Counted from the first letter of the stretch, positions 1-12,673 are shown. The stretch is 64,000 nt of DNA from Nitrososphaeria archaeon (GCA_963752255.1 CAVVXT010000002.1:1-64000); one strand, 5' to 3'. Numbers and translations: made by a program. The notes: a model not told the origin generated them from the letters alone.

Positions 1-168
1 TTTTCTTCATAACCTTATCACCCATCTCTATCAAATTGATATGTATAAGAATAGTTTTGAGGAAACAGACACATATAGAGTTGACGAAGTGGATATAATA
101 GACAAGATAACCAAAGCTCTACCCACGAACAAGGTACTCAAAACGAACAACTTTTTTTCGGGTTTGAT

Positions 169-904
169 ATGAATATCGAAAACCTAGTAAGTGGAGCTCC
201 GGCTCCAGAGAAGACAAGGGAACACAAGGACTTTGCAGGATTCAAGCTGCAGCTCTCAGCAAAGGTAAGCAACATGGTGATCGACACAGAGGTAAGGTAC
301 AAGAAGATCGATGTTAAGCCGATGTTTGAAATAGAAGGTGACCTGTTTAAGGTAGGTCCAAACGGATGGTCTGTCATATTAGGCAGAGAGGAAACAAAGT
401 ACTTTGAGGTAGGACCTGACGGCACGAAAACAGAAATCAGGGAAGGTGACGTGAAGAAAGCTCAGAAGATGTCTGATGGAACAATGCAGATCATAGACAA
501 CTTTGACAGAATCGAGGAAGTGAAGATAGATGACACAAAAAACCTGGATGAGATCATATTCGAGGGGCCTATCTCCTATGGAACTGTTGTGCCAAGATAT
601 ACTGTTGATGGATGGAACCAGACAGACACATACGCCTGGTCGGGGAAACCTTAAAACCTTCGCGGAAGTTCTTGAAAGAGACAAGCTGGCAGCAGCTTTC
701 CCATGGACCTTCGGCAGAGGACTCAAAGTGAACACAGCATTCGTATATCCTATCAGGGATGGAGACAAACTCTTTCTCGTCGAAGTCCTATCTAACGGGA
801 TAAAGGAGCTGAACAAAGCTCTAAGCGGAGAAACCGTAGAAGTCAAGACACCGATCTTGAACAAACCAGTTCTAAAGAGGAAACCATTAGCAACAAGCAG
901 ATAA
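169..904 (+). CDS. Divergent Ku-like (DNA end-binding beta-barrel) protein, split by one frameshift near 645
   Basis: ORFs 169-654 and 530-904 join if one A is removed from GGGGAAACCTTAAA. Segment order resembles prokaryotic Ku: EIREGDVKKAQKMSDG, VVPRYTVD..TY, LKTFAEVLERDKLAAAFPWTFGRG..TAFVYP. Confidence 0.45.
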
Positions 905-943
905 TGCAGGTGCATTATCCTATTTTTTCGGGAGTTGATAAGA

Positions 944-1206
944 ATGACTACAAATTCTATGCATGCGAAGACTTTTGAAGGCAAGGCTACTAACAAGGTA
1001 ACACCTAATGAGGTTCAGCAGACTTTACTTGATCAGTTGACTGCGATGGACAAGATGTGGTATTTCAGGTATGGCGTTGACAAGATTGTTTTATTGGATG
1101 CTAACACAGTCCGCTTTCATATAAGGAACGAGAACGGAATCTTCAATGTTGATGTCCACTATAACAAAGGACATGATCTTTATGATGTTAAAGGCTACAA
1201 GATTTC
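944..1206 (+). pseudogene. Virus/mobile-element-like hypothetical protein, 3' truncated
   Basis: Plausible protein up to VDVHYNKGHDLYDVKGYKI, then runs into unrelated GC-richer sequence that codes on the minus strand. Confidence 0.4.
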
Positions 1207-1925
1207 AGCCCGCCCCGGCCTTGTTGCACGGTCGCGACATCGCTACAGGGAGAGAACGAGTATAGGAAAACGAACACTCTCGGGCACAAGTACGTCAGGT
1301 TGGGATTGTAGAGCAGCAGTTCCGTCGCCTTTGATAGGTTTGCGGCCGTGTAGTGGTCCTGATAGACCTCAACCCCCGCGAGGCGAGTGAAACTTCGAGC
1401 TGGTTGGGTGTTCATTTAAGACAAACCTTGAATCCTACATTCTATTAATAAAAATTGCAAAAAGTTGTGCTTTTGTTGAAGTTGTATTTGGAGGGCTTGT
1501 TGAACTTCTGAATAATGTTGGGTTAGAGTATTTTATACCTACAAAGGCTATAGCCAAGACTATTATGGTAATCGAAATTCTCTTGGAGGTGAAGATTCGA
1601 CTTGCCAAAGCACTCATCCACTGGTAGGCATTCCAACCTCTCCTGTACGTGGGTTGACAAATATCTGATATCCTCCAGAGGAATTGGTCAGAGTCGCCAA
1701 ATAGTAAAGGTGGTCTTGAACTACAACGAACATCACAGGCTCAATCTGATATGGTGACGGCGACGGATATATCCCTCCCATTTTTAGTGAATTTCTCGCA
1801 TAACCTGTTGCAATATCAATCACCTCCTGCGCATCTATCTCCAATGGAAAATTGCTGGGTATTCTGTACCACAGTGATCCCATTATGGTTACCCTAAGCA
1901 GTTGCATATTGGGTGAAAAAATCAA
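1207..1925 (-). pseudogene. Fragments of secreted/membrane hypothetical proteins
   Basis: Three short minus-strand ORFs (1188-1415, 1435-1617 with a TM helix, 1614-1925). None looks complete. Confidence 0.3.
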
Positions 1926-1960
1926 AAAATAATAAATTCAAAAGCCCTATGTGCTGTGCT

Positions 1961-2925
1961 CTAGAGTAGTTTTGTTATTTGCTCTTTTGTGATTTCGCCT
2001 GTCTTCTCTGGAAGAATCTCTTAAGTTATAGTAGTTTGCCAAGGATTCTGCTTTTTGATCGAAGGAACGTGTGTGATGAGGACGATCTTGTTTGCGTTCA
2101 AGTCATATCCTAAAGCCTGTAGCCTTAGTATTTCGTCAACTGTTAATTATGCCTCTAGCAGGTATGTTTCTGCCAGAATATTGTCCTTTTTGACAGAATT
2201 AGTCGCGTAAAGATCAACATCATATGTAATCCCTGATGTCCCTGTAACCTCTGCACTGCGCTTTACAGAATAGTTGTTTCTCCTTAAGACTACTCTCAAG
2301 CGATTCAAGTGCCTTAAGAGAACTCCTTTATCAACTCCATCTTATGGTCAGTAACTTCATACTGATACACTACGGTTTCCCCCAGTTCTCCTCTTGGGAA
2401 ATATTCCCCGCACTTTTGGCAGTGGTAGTCTATTACCGGTTATTCATATAGGTTGCCACATGCGTGGCACTTATACATCAATTTTCCTCTAGCGTGGTCT
2501 TCGCTTTCAACCAATAGTGCACTATGGCATCTTGGACATTCGAGTCCGTCTTTTGTCACAAACATGCTTTCCAGGTTCTTGTATCCGCAGGCAAAGTGCT
2601 CTATGATCCTGCCTCTGGAAATGTTCGTGGAACCACAGTTAATGCAATGCTCGGTCGGGATAATTTCGTATGAGAAGCAGATCGGACAAAACTTCAGGGT
2701 TTCAACCTGCTTTTTAACCATGAATTTTGTTGACACAATGAAATCTAAAATATCAAGAACTTTATCAACGTTCGTATAAAGTACATCATCCAATGGTGGG
2801 TAGAGGAACTTTTCACCAGTGTTCTTCTGAATTACTAGTCTTATGGCATTTTCTTCCTGAGCTAAAATGTTTTTGAGAACGTCTATTAGTTCCGAATGTG
2901 CAATTTGAGTATGTTCTATTGACAT
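1961..2925 (-). pseudogene. TackOD1-type multi-zinc-ribbon protein with C-terminal nuclease-like domain, disrupted
   Basis: CPIC, CINC, IEHFACG, CPRC and CHAC motifs. After the stop at 2440 the frame continues (PVIDYHCQKCG), with further lesions downstream. Confidence 0.6.
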
Positions 2926-3119
2926 GTTACATGATAATTCTTAAATGTTGCATATTTAAGTCTTTTTGAAAGAAGGTTATTCGCGATTTCTCAAGTCTTG
3001 CGGTTTTGTCGAATTCTTGCAGATGTATAACATTTTACATATCTATTCAAATAAAGAAAAGCTTGTAGAAAAGATTATAACCACTCATAAAAGTAGTTTG
3101 TAGTTATAAGTGCGTTCTT

Positions 3120-4969
3120 GTGGCAGTAGCCCAACCAATCCTTAAATACATCGATTCGATTGAGGAGAATCCAAAAGCCCTGTCTACCCAAATAAAGGCT
3201 TTTCGGAGGATCCTTAAGTTACCATAAGCCTTACACGCACATCCTAGTTTTCATAACCGCTTTAGCCGTCTTAAGATCATACTTATTTCTTCTTGAGCCT
3301 CTGTACACTTCGCAAATCGTAGATTTTGTCATCGGCTCCAACCCCCCAGTCACCAGCAACATTGCGCTACTTTCGGGTTTGCTGCTGAATATTCTACTCG
3401 CAGTGTTAGGCTTCGGAATAGTCAACTGGTTAATAGTGTACTTCAACGGCACCGTCGCACAGATGGTGATGGGAGATATGAGAAGTGACTATTACAGGTC
3501 ACTTCAAGGAAAATCATTCTCATTTTTTGACACCAATTCAGTAGGAGATCTCACTTCAAGAGCAACACAGGACATGCAATTTGTTGATGGTTTTCTCAGA
3601 ACATGGCTGAGCGTTGTAACTAACCTTGTTTTCACATTCATTTTCATATTTTGGGTATGTTTCACGTTAAATCCAACGATGGGCATATTGGCGTTGATAC
3701 CTGTACCCTTCATATTCTATACTCAAACCAAGAACTTCTTGCTGACGATGCCGCTCTTCAGGAAGATGCAGCTGATTTTAGGCAAAATCGGTACTTACGT
3801 GCAACAGAACATCATAGGAATGAAGAACGTCCGAATCTTTCAAAGAGAAGATGAGATGGAGGAAGGCGATAGAGCTATCGTTAAAAAATTCACTGACATA
3901 GCAATCAGAGCAGGCAAAATTCAAGCAATATACATGCCTTCTGCAACAGCCATCCTCACGCTGGGCATCACGCTGGTCTACGTTCTATGGGACTAACATG
4001 ATATTAGCGTTAGCGATTATCGTTAGGTTTGATTTTGCTCTATGCGAGATACATGCTGAGAGTGTCCATGTCCTCTTCGTGACTTCAGCATGTGGGTAGG
4101 CGCTATGAGTAACGCAACAGCAGGTGCTGAAAGAGTCTTCGACATAATAGATATGCCTGGAGATGTTGAGGACAAGCCTGATGCAAAAGATATCGCGATA
4201 GACAGAGGCGAAGTTGAATTCCGAAACGTGACTTTTGGATATGTTAAGGACAAACCTATCCTAAAGAACATAAGTTTCAAAGCTAATCCTGGTGAAAAAA
4301 TAGCTATCCTTGGAGCTACCGGAACTGGAAAAACGTCTCTGGTATACCTTATTCCGAGATTCTATGATGTTAACTCAGGTAGCATACTGATAGACGGAAT
4401 AGATGTTAGGAACTTTAAGGTTTCATCTTTGAGAAGACAGATAGGTATAGTTCTGCAAGATGTATTCCTGTTCTCAGGCACGATAGAAAGTAACATTGCA
4501 TTTGGAAAAGACAATGCATCAATGGATGAAATCATAGTCTGCAGCGAAGATGGCAAGGATAGCATGACTTCATAGAAACACTTCCAGATGGATACGAGAC
4601 ACCTGTGTAGGTGAGAGAGGAGTCACTCTTTCTGGCGGCCAGAAACAGAGGCTCACAATTGCCAGAGCGCTCGTGGCAAATCCGAGGATCTTGATCCTAG
4701 ACGATTCACTATCATTTGTAGACGCCAAGACTGAACAGGAGATCCAAGAGGCTATCGATGAAGCTTTGAAGGGCAGAACATGCTTCATAATCGCACAGAG
4801 ACTCTCAACAATAAAGAATGCTGATAGAATAATGGTTCTTGATAAAGGTGAAATCGTCGAGTTTGGAACACACAGCGAACTGATGGCTAAGGGGCAGATA
4901 TACAAGAGGATATACGAAACTCAGTTCCTTGAAAAGACCCCTGAAGAGATATTGGAGGCTGGCAAGTAG
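3120..4969 (+). CDS. Heterodimeric ABC exporter subunit A (TMD+NBD), several frameshifts
   Basis: TMD with GDLTSR; Walker [17 protein letters not shown] signature and ILILDD across ORFs 3379-3996, 4090-4575 and 4673-4969. Confidence 0.9.
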
Positions 4970-6815
4970 ATGTCAGAAGAACATGACACTTTTTCAACAA
5001 GGTCAGAGGAAACGAAGAAGAGGAGAGTTCGAGACAGAGTTCTAATCGCTAGACTCTATGAATACATGAAACCTTACAAAAGGAACTTGATCTTTGGCGC
5101 AGTCTCTATCCATGGAGGCGCATTGACAGGACTGGTTGCGCCATATCTTCACTTGATAGCTATAAACGACATAATAACACCTACAATCCTGAATCATAAT
5201 TCTACTTATCTCTCAGCATTCATCTGGTGGATTCCCATATTTATTCTGGTAACTTTAGGCACCTACTTTTTCCAGTACGTTCAGACATATCAGATGAGAA
5301 TCGTCGGAGAAAATGTCGTCATGAACCTGAGAAATGAATGCGTAGCTAAATTGCAGCAGATATCCCTCAAATATTTCTCAGAAGGCGAGATTGGAAGAAT
5401 AATGTCAAGGCCGACCACAGACTCAAACCAGGTGAGAATATTCATAAGAATGGGATTAACAGCGATGATCACGGATGCTGCTTCAATTTTAGGCTCGTTG
5501 GTAATAATATTCTTCCTTAACTGGCAACTTGCTCTGCTTGCAGTTTCGATTCTTCCCGTAGCAGTAATCATGACGTGGTTTCTTGGAGGATGGTCAAGGA
5601 GACAGTATAGGCAAACCCTCACAAACCTTGCAGGTTTAATAGCCAAGATGCAGGAGAATTGCTCGGGAATGAAGGTTATAAAGGCATTTGTGAAAGAAGA
5701 TGACGCTGCAAAAGGATTCGATGAAGTCAATAAAAAAACCGTTGACTCATACAAACGGACTATTCTGATCTCAACCGTATACCAACCATTAGTACAATAC
5801 ACTGAGGATAATCGGGACAATATTGATACTTTGGTACGGTTCAGTGCTAGCTATAAATGGAACGATCAGTCTAGGAGTACTTGCAGCATTCTTGGAGTAC
5901 CAATTCGCCTATTTCAGCCCCTCACTACCTTACTAACAGCATATGATCAATATCAGTCATGTATGTCTGCGTTAGAAAGAATCTTCGACCTCATAGATAC
6001 TAAAGTTGAAGTGAAGGATCCGCCACCTGACAAAGCTGTAGAAATTGAGACGATAGATGAAGTGAAATTTGAGAACGTCACCTTCGGCTATGACCCTAAA
6101 GAACCAGTCATACACGATATAAACTTGCACTTAGAAGGATCAAAGAAACTGGCAATAGTCGGACCCACAGGAGCGGGCAAGAGCACAATAATAAATCTTC
6201 TGGAGAGGTTCTATGATCCAGTTGGAGGGAGAGTACTCGTTAACGGACATGATATCAAAGACATAAAGATCGCGTCTCTCCGCAGGCACATGAGCACAGT
6301 TCTTCAGGACTCCTTCCTCTTCCCAATGAGCGTAACGGATAACATAAGATTTGGAAAGCCTGAAGCATCTGACGAGGAGGTAATTCAGGCAGCCAAAACT
6401 CGTTGGGGCACACGAATTCATAATGAGACTGCCTGGAGGATACGACTATGTTTTACAGGAAGGTTCATCGAATATCTCGATAGGGCAGAGGCAACTCATA
6501 AGCTTCGCAAGAACCCTTCTAATGAATCCCAAGCTATTGATTCTGGATGAGGCTACTTCGAGCATTGACCCATACACCGAGCTAGTGTTGCAGAACGCGT
6601 TGAAGAAGCTTCTTGAAAACAGGATGGCCATAATAATAGCTCACAGACTTTCAACAATAAGGCTGTGTGATGAGATCTTGGTCATAGATCAGGGAAGAAT
6701 CGTCGAGAAAGGATCACATGCTGAACTGATGAAGTTGAATGGTCTTTACAGCTCATTCTACAGGATGCAGTTCAAGGAACAACAGGGAGTTGAAACCGCT
6801 TCTGCCAATAAGTAA
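4970..6815 (+). CDS. Heterodimeric ABC exporter subunit B (TMD+NBD), frameshifted
   Basis: GPTGAGKS, ISIGQRQL, LILDEATS and IAHRLST across ORFs 4970-6550 and 6423-6815. Confidence 0.9.
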
Positions 6816-7141
6816 TGAAGTGATCGTGTATACTCCTTTTTATTCAACGGTCAGTCTTCACTTAAGGGAAATAATCGGAAAAAGGTTAAATAAATACATC
6901 AGAAGACAAAAAAGGTTGAGCACTCCTGATACATAAAAAGGGTTATTAAAAGATGGTGGATTTGCGAAAACGCTTTGAAGCCGGCATATACTACGGTTCT
7001 ATCCGTAATCGTCATCGTCATAGTCATACTTCTCATATGCCACATTGTTATAACAGCATAGAAAGTGAACTTCGTTGACCTACAAAAATTGTTTCCGAGC
7101 CTTTTATGTTAGGAACGTGTTTAAAGGGACAGGTAAGATAA

Positions 7142-7528
7142 ATGAGTTCAGAAAATAGACCCACAGTTGCAGTAATACTTTCACTTATCGGTGGTATTCT
7201 AATGCTCTTAAGCGGAGCCATATTTTCCATCTTCGGCTCCACAGGATTCGGCATGATGGGCGGATATAGGGGCATGATGGGAAGCTTTGGATTTCCTTTC
7301 AGTCTTATGGTGGGCTTCTCCCTTATAGGGCTGATGTCCGGCATACTTGTGATAATCGGTGCTGTGATGCTTGATACGCGTCCTTCAGATCATACGGCCT
7401 GGGGAATCATAGTATTCGTCTTCTCGATGGTTAGCCTTCTGGGTATGGGAGGATTCTTCGTTGGTGCGATATTGGGAATAATCGGCGGAGCCTTCGCACT
7501 CAGCTGGAGACCCTCCATTAAGGTATAA
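7142..7528 (+). CDS. Small multi-TM membrane protein with GMMG repeats; paralog at 61783-62190
   Basis: Hydrophobic helices ending GGFFVGAILGIIGGA; close inverted paralog near the window end. Confidence 0.75.
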   Translation: MSSENRPTVAVILSLIGGILMLLSGAIFSIFGSTGFGMMGGYRGMMGSFGFPFSLMVGFSLIGLMSGILVIIGAVMLDTRPSDHTAWGIIVFVFSMVSLLGMGGFFVGAILGIIGGAFALSWRPSIKV

Positions 7529-7642
7529 TAAGAGACTACGTCAATAAAGTCAAGTCTCTAACCTGATAAGGCGACAGACAGTTATTGTAACCTATATGTC
7601 TTATACAACTTAAATAGCAGAAACAGTTTTCCTTTTACTGGT

Positions 7643-7915
7643 ATGAATAAGAATATTTCCACGCTGTCTTTTATAATAATTTTGTCAGCAGTGACAACTC
7701 TTACACTTACATTGGGGAATACTGTGAATTTCCCGGACAACGTTCACACCGATTACGGCTTTCCATTAGATTGGGGCACGCATACCACAAACACGATCGC
7801 AGGACCCGTAAATCGATGGAGCGTAGACATTACATCTCTATCCATCGATCTCGTCTTCTGGTTGGGGTTGATGATAGCCGTAACCGCTTTAATGTTATAT
7901 ACCTCTAAACGTTGA
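7643..7915 (+). CDS. Two-TM hypothetical protein; paralog of 8748-9038
   Basis: Shared motif YG.PL.WGTHT.NTIAGPV..W.VD. Confidence 0.7.
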   Translation: MNKNISTLSFIIILSAVTTLTLTLGNTVNFPDNVHTDYGFPLDWGTHTTNTIAGPVNRWSVDITSLSIDLVFWLGLMIAVTALMLYTSKR

Positions 7916-8230
7916 TTACTCACATCTTTACTAAAAAATAGGGTGTGGCTCTCATTTCAAATAATCTTAGGGAATTGTTTTGCTTCGCTACCAACCGATA
8001 AAGTAATCAAGTGAACAACATAATTTGTTGGTGCAGTTAAAAGGGGAGCTTGCTGCCAAAAAAAACTTGAATTTTCTAGGGGTTAAACGAAGAATTGCGC
8101 GCGCTACGAGCAACTACTCAAATTCATCAGATTATTCAGTTAGTTTTTTTATTACTTCTTGTTCTGCATTTCCAAATAATTAGCTAGGCAGGTTTAGGGA
8201 TTCCAACCTCGTTATGGTTCGGAAAATCCT

Positions 8231-8674
8231 TTAAGAAAATGCTCCAGTTGCGTTAGGTGCGTTTTCTGGCACTTGTTGGGTGATATCCCAATATTCTACA
8301 ATCTTGTCTTTACTGAAACGGAATAGATGAACTTGCCTTAACCCTCCGTCACTTGGTTTTGAACTGGAGAGTTGAGTATACACTGCAACTATGTCTCCGT
8401 CAGCAAGGACCTGCTTGATGATGAGCTTAAAGTCAGCTTTTGACCCTTTTAGAATTCCTTCCGCTCCTTGTTTTTGCACGGCGATCATTGCGTCGATTAT
8501 TGTTTCCATGCTACCGGGGATGAAGGGATTGTGCGTCTTACATTCAGGGGCAAAAAAACGCAGCCCGTCCTTTGGCCTTCCCGAACCAACTAAATTGAGA
8601 AATTCGACTGCAATGTCCTTACGGACCTTATTAACATCGTTTTTAGGTACCTTAAAAAGTGTCTTGCTATCCAT
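8231..8674 (-). CDS. SnoaL/NTF2-like protein
   Basis: HNP, VLADGDIVAV, HLFRFSKDKIVEYWD. Confidence 0.8.
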   Translation of the reverse strand: MDSKTLFKVPKNDVNKVRKDIAVEFLNLVGSGRPKDGLRFFAPECKTHNPFIPGSMETIIDAMIAVQKQGAEGILKGSKADFKLIIKQVLADGDIVAVYTQLSSSKPSDGGLRQVHLFRFSKDKIVEYWDITQQVPENAPNATGAFS

Positions 8675-8747
8675 TTTTTCACCAAAAAAGTTTAGGAATT
8701 AACAAATTTAAGCGTATTGGTAAGCTATTTTTCAAATCAAATTGTTG

Positions 8748-9038
8748 TCAAGGGGTGGTAGTTGACCAACGTTTAATAAAATACAGCAATACTATCTCAA
8801 TAACTATCATCGACCCAAACCAGAATGATAGATCAGAGAGCAGCAGATAAGGATCGACCTGCCACTTATCCACAGGCCCTGCAATCGTGTTCAATGTATG
8901 AGTGCCCCAAACCAGAGGCGAACCATAGTTCACATGAAGATAGTCAGGATAATTCAAGGTAACTCCCAATGTGAGAGTAAATGCTGTTAAAATAGACCAG
9001 ATAACTAAAAATCCAATTATAACAAGGTTCTTATTCAT
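8748..9038 (-). CDS. Two-TM hypothetical protein; paralog of 7643-7915
   Basis: YGSPLVWGTHTLNTIAGPVDKWQVD. Confidence 0.7.
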   Translation of the reverse strand: MNKNLVIIGFLVIWSILTAFTLTLGVTLNYPDYLHVNYGSPLVWGTHTLNTIAGPVDKWQVDPYLLLSDLSFWFGSMIVIEIVLLYFIKRWSTTTP

Positions 9039-9189
9039 CTATAAATTAATTTATTATCAAATATTTATTCTTTTCATAGCCCTCTTGACCAGAAAGGGTT
9101 TGACAAAAGGATTCTTACACTAATATTCTTCTTGAAGATTTAACATCACCAAAAAATTTAAAAGGCATTCCAAGATTAAATTCTAAATT

Positions 9190-11076
9190 ATGTACGGTTT
9201 TAGAGGAAAGTTGCTGCAAGTCGATCTGGAAAACGGGAAGATATCGGAAGAAGTTGTACCAAACGAGACCGCGAAGGAGTTTCTCGGCGGCAGAGGCCTT
9301 GGCGCAAAGATCCTTTACGATAAATTGAAACCGGGGATAGATCCATTGGGGCGAGAGAACATCTTGGTATTCATGACAGGACCGCTTCAGGGTAGCATGA
9401 TCCCGGGTTCCACACACTATGTTGTTATGTGCAAGTCTCCACAATCAAACGGGATAGGGGAAGCTCATGCTGCAGGTTCGATAGGCCCAGAAATTAAATA
9501 CGCGGGGTACGACGGTGTTGTCTTTAAGGGTGTTGCCGAAAAACCGGTCTACCTTTGGCTCCACGATGGTACGGCTGAGCTTAGAGATGCTAAACACCTG
9601 TGGGGGAAGACAACCCATGAGACTGAGACTCTCATAAAGAAGGAACTAAAGGTTCCTTCCGCTGCAGTGGCCAGCATAGGGCTGGCAGGTGAAAACCTTG
9701 TCAAATTTGCCGGCATATTAAACGATTTTTCTCGCGTGGCAGGCAGAACCGGTGTTGGAGCAGTAATGGGGTCAAAGAAGTTAAAGGCAGTCGCCGTCTT
9801 TGGCCGGGAAAAAAGGATCCCTCTAGCGGACAGAGAGCGTGTCCTTAAGCTTTCGAAGGAGCTTTCAGAAAGACTGCTCAAGGATCAAAGAGTAATAGAC
9901 ATGCAGAAGTATGGCACTCCCTTTGGGGTTCTCACTTTAAACGTCCAAGGCATTCTTCCTACCAAGAACTATCAAACCGGCTTTTTCGAAGAGGCTGACA
10001 AGATAAGTGGAGAAACCATGACCAAGAGCATACAAAAGGGTGTGTTCGGTTGCGTAGGATGTCCTGTCCGATGTTGGAGAGTTGCTGAAGTCAAGGATGG
10101 AAAGTATAAGGGTGATTTCAATGATGGGCCCGAGTATGAAACCGTTGCATCGTTAGGATCTCTTTGCCTTAACGATAATCTTGAGGCAATAGCCTATGCA
10201 AATCACCTCTGCAACCTATATTCACTGGACACTATTTCGACCGGCAATGTAATAGCGTTCGCCATAGAATGCTATGAAAAAGGGTTGATAAATAGCGAGA
10301 AAACGGGCGGGGTCAAACTTGACTGGAATGATCCTGATTGTATAATCAAGATGATAGAGAAGATAGCTCGGAGGGAGGATATTGGGAACATCTTGGCAGA
10401 AGGCGTGAAGAAGGCTGCTGAAAATATAGGGGGAAATTCCAAATCCTTCACGCTCGAAGTCAAGGGTGTTGAGGTTGCAATGCATGAACCTCGAGGTAAA
10501 AAAGCGGTAGGTCTAATGTACGCGACAGCATCTCGCGGCGCCACACATATGGACTCAGCCCACGACACAGCCTTTGAGAAGCCAGATGTCCTGCCTGAAC
10601 TGGGTTTAGTGAAAGCCATGGATAGGAAGGACGTCGCTGGAAAGCCAGAACTTACGGTTAAGACTCAAGATGTTTATGCAATTATAAATTCAGCTATCTT
10701 ATGCATGTTTACAGGGAGCATTACAATGAGGCCTGTCAAGCTGTTTGACTACACCAACTGGTTCGAAGCAGTAACAGGCAACAAATACTCTGTAAGTGAG
10801 TTGATGATCGCAGGCGAGAGAATCAATAACCTCACAAGAGCCTTCAATGTCAGAGAAGGAATGTCTAGAAAGGACGACTACCTTCCCCCAAGGTTCTCTG
10901 AAAACATGTCCGGTGGCAATAGCTCTGAGCAAAAGATAACCAGAGCGGATTTGGACAAAATGCTTGATGAATACTACCAACTAAGGGGATGGGATGTGAA
11001 TACCGGTATCCCAACAGCTTCTAAACTGGTAAGCCTAGGACTAAGTAGGATAGCTATAGACATTAAGGCACCCTAG
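9190..11076 (+). CDS. aor: Aldehyde:ferredoxin oxidoreductase family (W/Mo) enzyme
   Basis: GGRGLG, KSP, GRTGVGAVMGSKKLKA, CVGCPVRC, EYET, DTISTG, YYQLRGWD. Confidence 0.93.
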   Translation: MYGFRGKLLQVDLENGKISEEVVPNETAKEFLGGRGLGAKILYDKLKPGIDPLGRENILVFMTGPLQGSMIPGSTHYVVMCKSPQSNGIGEAHAAGSIGPEIKYAGYDGVVFKGVAEKPVYLWLHDGTAELRDAKHLWGKTTHETETLIKKELKVPSAAVASIGLAGENLVKFAGILNDFSRVAGRTGVGAVMGSKKLKAVAVFGREKRIPLADRERVLKLSKELSERLLKDQRVIDMQKYGTPFGVLTLNVQGILPTKNYQTGFFEEADKISGETMTKSIQKGVFGCVGCPVRCWRVAEVKDGKYKGDFNDGPEYETVASLGSLCLNDNLEAIAYANHLCNLYSLDTISTGNVIAFAIECYEKGLINSEKTGGVKLDWNDPDCIIKMIEKIARREDIGNILAEGVKKAAENIGGNSKSFTLEVKGVEVAMHEPRGKKAVGLMYATASRGATHMDSAHDTAFEKPDVLPELGLVKAMDRKDVAGKPELTVKTQDVYAIINSAILCMFTGSITMRPVKLFDYTNWFEAVTGNKYSVSELMIAGERINNLTRAFNVREGMSRKDDYLPPRFSENMSGGNSSEQKITRADLDKMLDEYYQLRGWDVNTGIPTASKLVSLGLSRIAIDIKAP

Positions 11077-11278
11077 ACGCAAATGTTACTTTTTGCCTAA
11101 ATATGCGAGGATATACAAGCACATCATTTTAACATTGAAAATGAGCAAGAAAGCATCACATATTTGCTAAATAAACCTTTATGAATTTTAGCCATGATTC
11201 CAAGATTTGAATACTCTGAAAGCGTTAATATTGTTGATGACCTAACTTTAAGTAAAATTAATGAAAGATAGTTTATCA

Positions 11279-12672
11279 TTATATGTTTCTTTTTTCTATG
11301 TCTTCTAAGGCTTTGCTATATTGAAGCAGTGCGTTTATGGCATTAACAGCTCTCTCAGGGGTTGTGTACGAAGGTATCCTATTTTCCTCCAACATTTTTA
11401 CTAGTATTTGAGTGAAATCTCCTCCTATGGTGCATACAATTGTCGGTTTGCCATAGGTTACTTGTGATTCTGTTATCGCGTCTACTACGTCTGATTCTAT
11501 AAAGGAAGTTTGAAGAAGCACTATCACCAGAATTATTCCAACATTCGGGTCCGAAGAAACGAGGTCTAATGCCTGCCTGTAACGCTCCACATCCGCGTCC
11601 CCTACTAAGTCTAATGGATTATTTGGAATAGCGTAGTCTGGCAACTTTTCCTTCAGCTTCGTTGTCGTCTCAGGACTAAAATGTGCAAGCTTAAGGCCTA
11701 GTTTTGAAGCTTGATCAGAGCTTATTACTCCAAATCCTCCTCCATTCGTGATAATAGCGATGTCCTTTTGGCCCTTAGGTATAGGTTGGTAGGCGAGAGC
11801 GCGCGCGTAATCGAATAATTCATCTACCGTGCGAGCCTGAATTACGCCGGCCTGTTTAAAAGCACCTTCATAGATTTTTGCAGATCCAGCCAAAGACCCT
11901 GTATGGGACATGGCTGCCCTAGCTCCCTCCTGTGTTACGCCTCCCTTTAGCACAATCAGAGGTTTACTCTTTGTGACTTTCGACGAAGCTTCAAGAAACT
12001 CTCTTCCTCGTGATATACTTTCCACATAGATTACTATACATTTTGTTAGTGGGTCATCAGAAAGATAGTTCAATAGGTCAACTTCGTCCACGTCAATTTT
12101 GTTTCCAATGCTGATGAATTTACTGATTCCAATATCCTGGGATGCAGCCCAGTCCAATATGGCGGAGCCAAAGGCGCCACTTTGAGATATGAACGCTATT
12201 GGGCCTCCTCTTGGGCGTCTTAATCTGTATCTAGGCAAGAATAACGTATCTACGTGATCTGTTGGATCATATATTCCGATGCAATTTGGGCCTATTACCC
12301 TCATACCGCTCCCATCAATTTTTTTTCTTATTTCCTCTTCAAGTTTCTCTCCTCTTTCACCTACCTCCTTGAAACCTCCAGAAATTATTATAGCTCCTTT
12401 AACACCTTTGGACACACATTCATCAATAACAGATGGAACTATAGGCGCTGGAACAGCGATTACCGCCAAGTCTAACTCGCTTTGAATTTCGCTTATACTA
12501 TTATATGCCTTAAACCCTAGTATTTTGTCCGCTTTAGGATTTACAGGGAAGGTTTTTCCCTTAAACTCTGATTCCACAAAGTTTTTGAAGATCACGTGAC
12601 CAAACTTTCTAGGTTCCCTCGAGGCTCCTATTACGGCAACAGATCTGGGCTTAAAGAAGACTCTAGATTCAT
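11279..12672 (-). CDS. acdA: ADP-forming acyl-CoA synthetase alpha subunit (frameshift in first codons)
   Basis: FFKPRSVAVIGAS lies upstream in frame; GPNCIG, SQSGA, SHTGSLAG, NPLDL. The ATG at 12672 is one base out of frame. Confidence 0.9.
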
Positions 12673-12673
12673 T

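Noticed and set aside
379-996. Long antisense ORFs (e.g. 379-996, 5290-5820, 20485-20934, 36427-36927, 56502-56972)
   Set aside because: They are shadows of better-supported genes on the opposite strand.
1358-1395. Hammerhead-ribozyme-like CTGATAGA...GAAAC
   Set aside because: Core spacing is wrong, stems I and III are not evident, and the minus strand reads as a plausible protein fragment.
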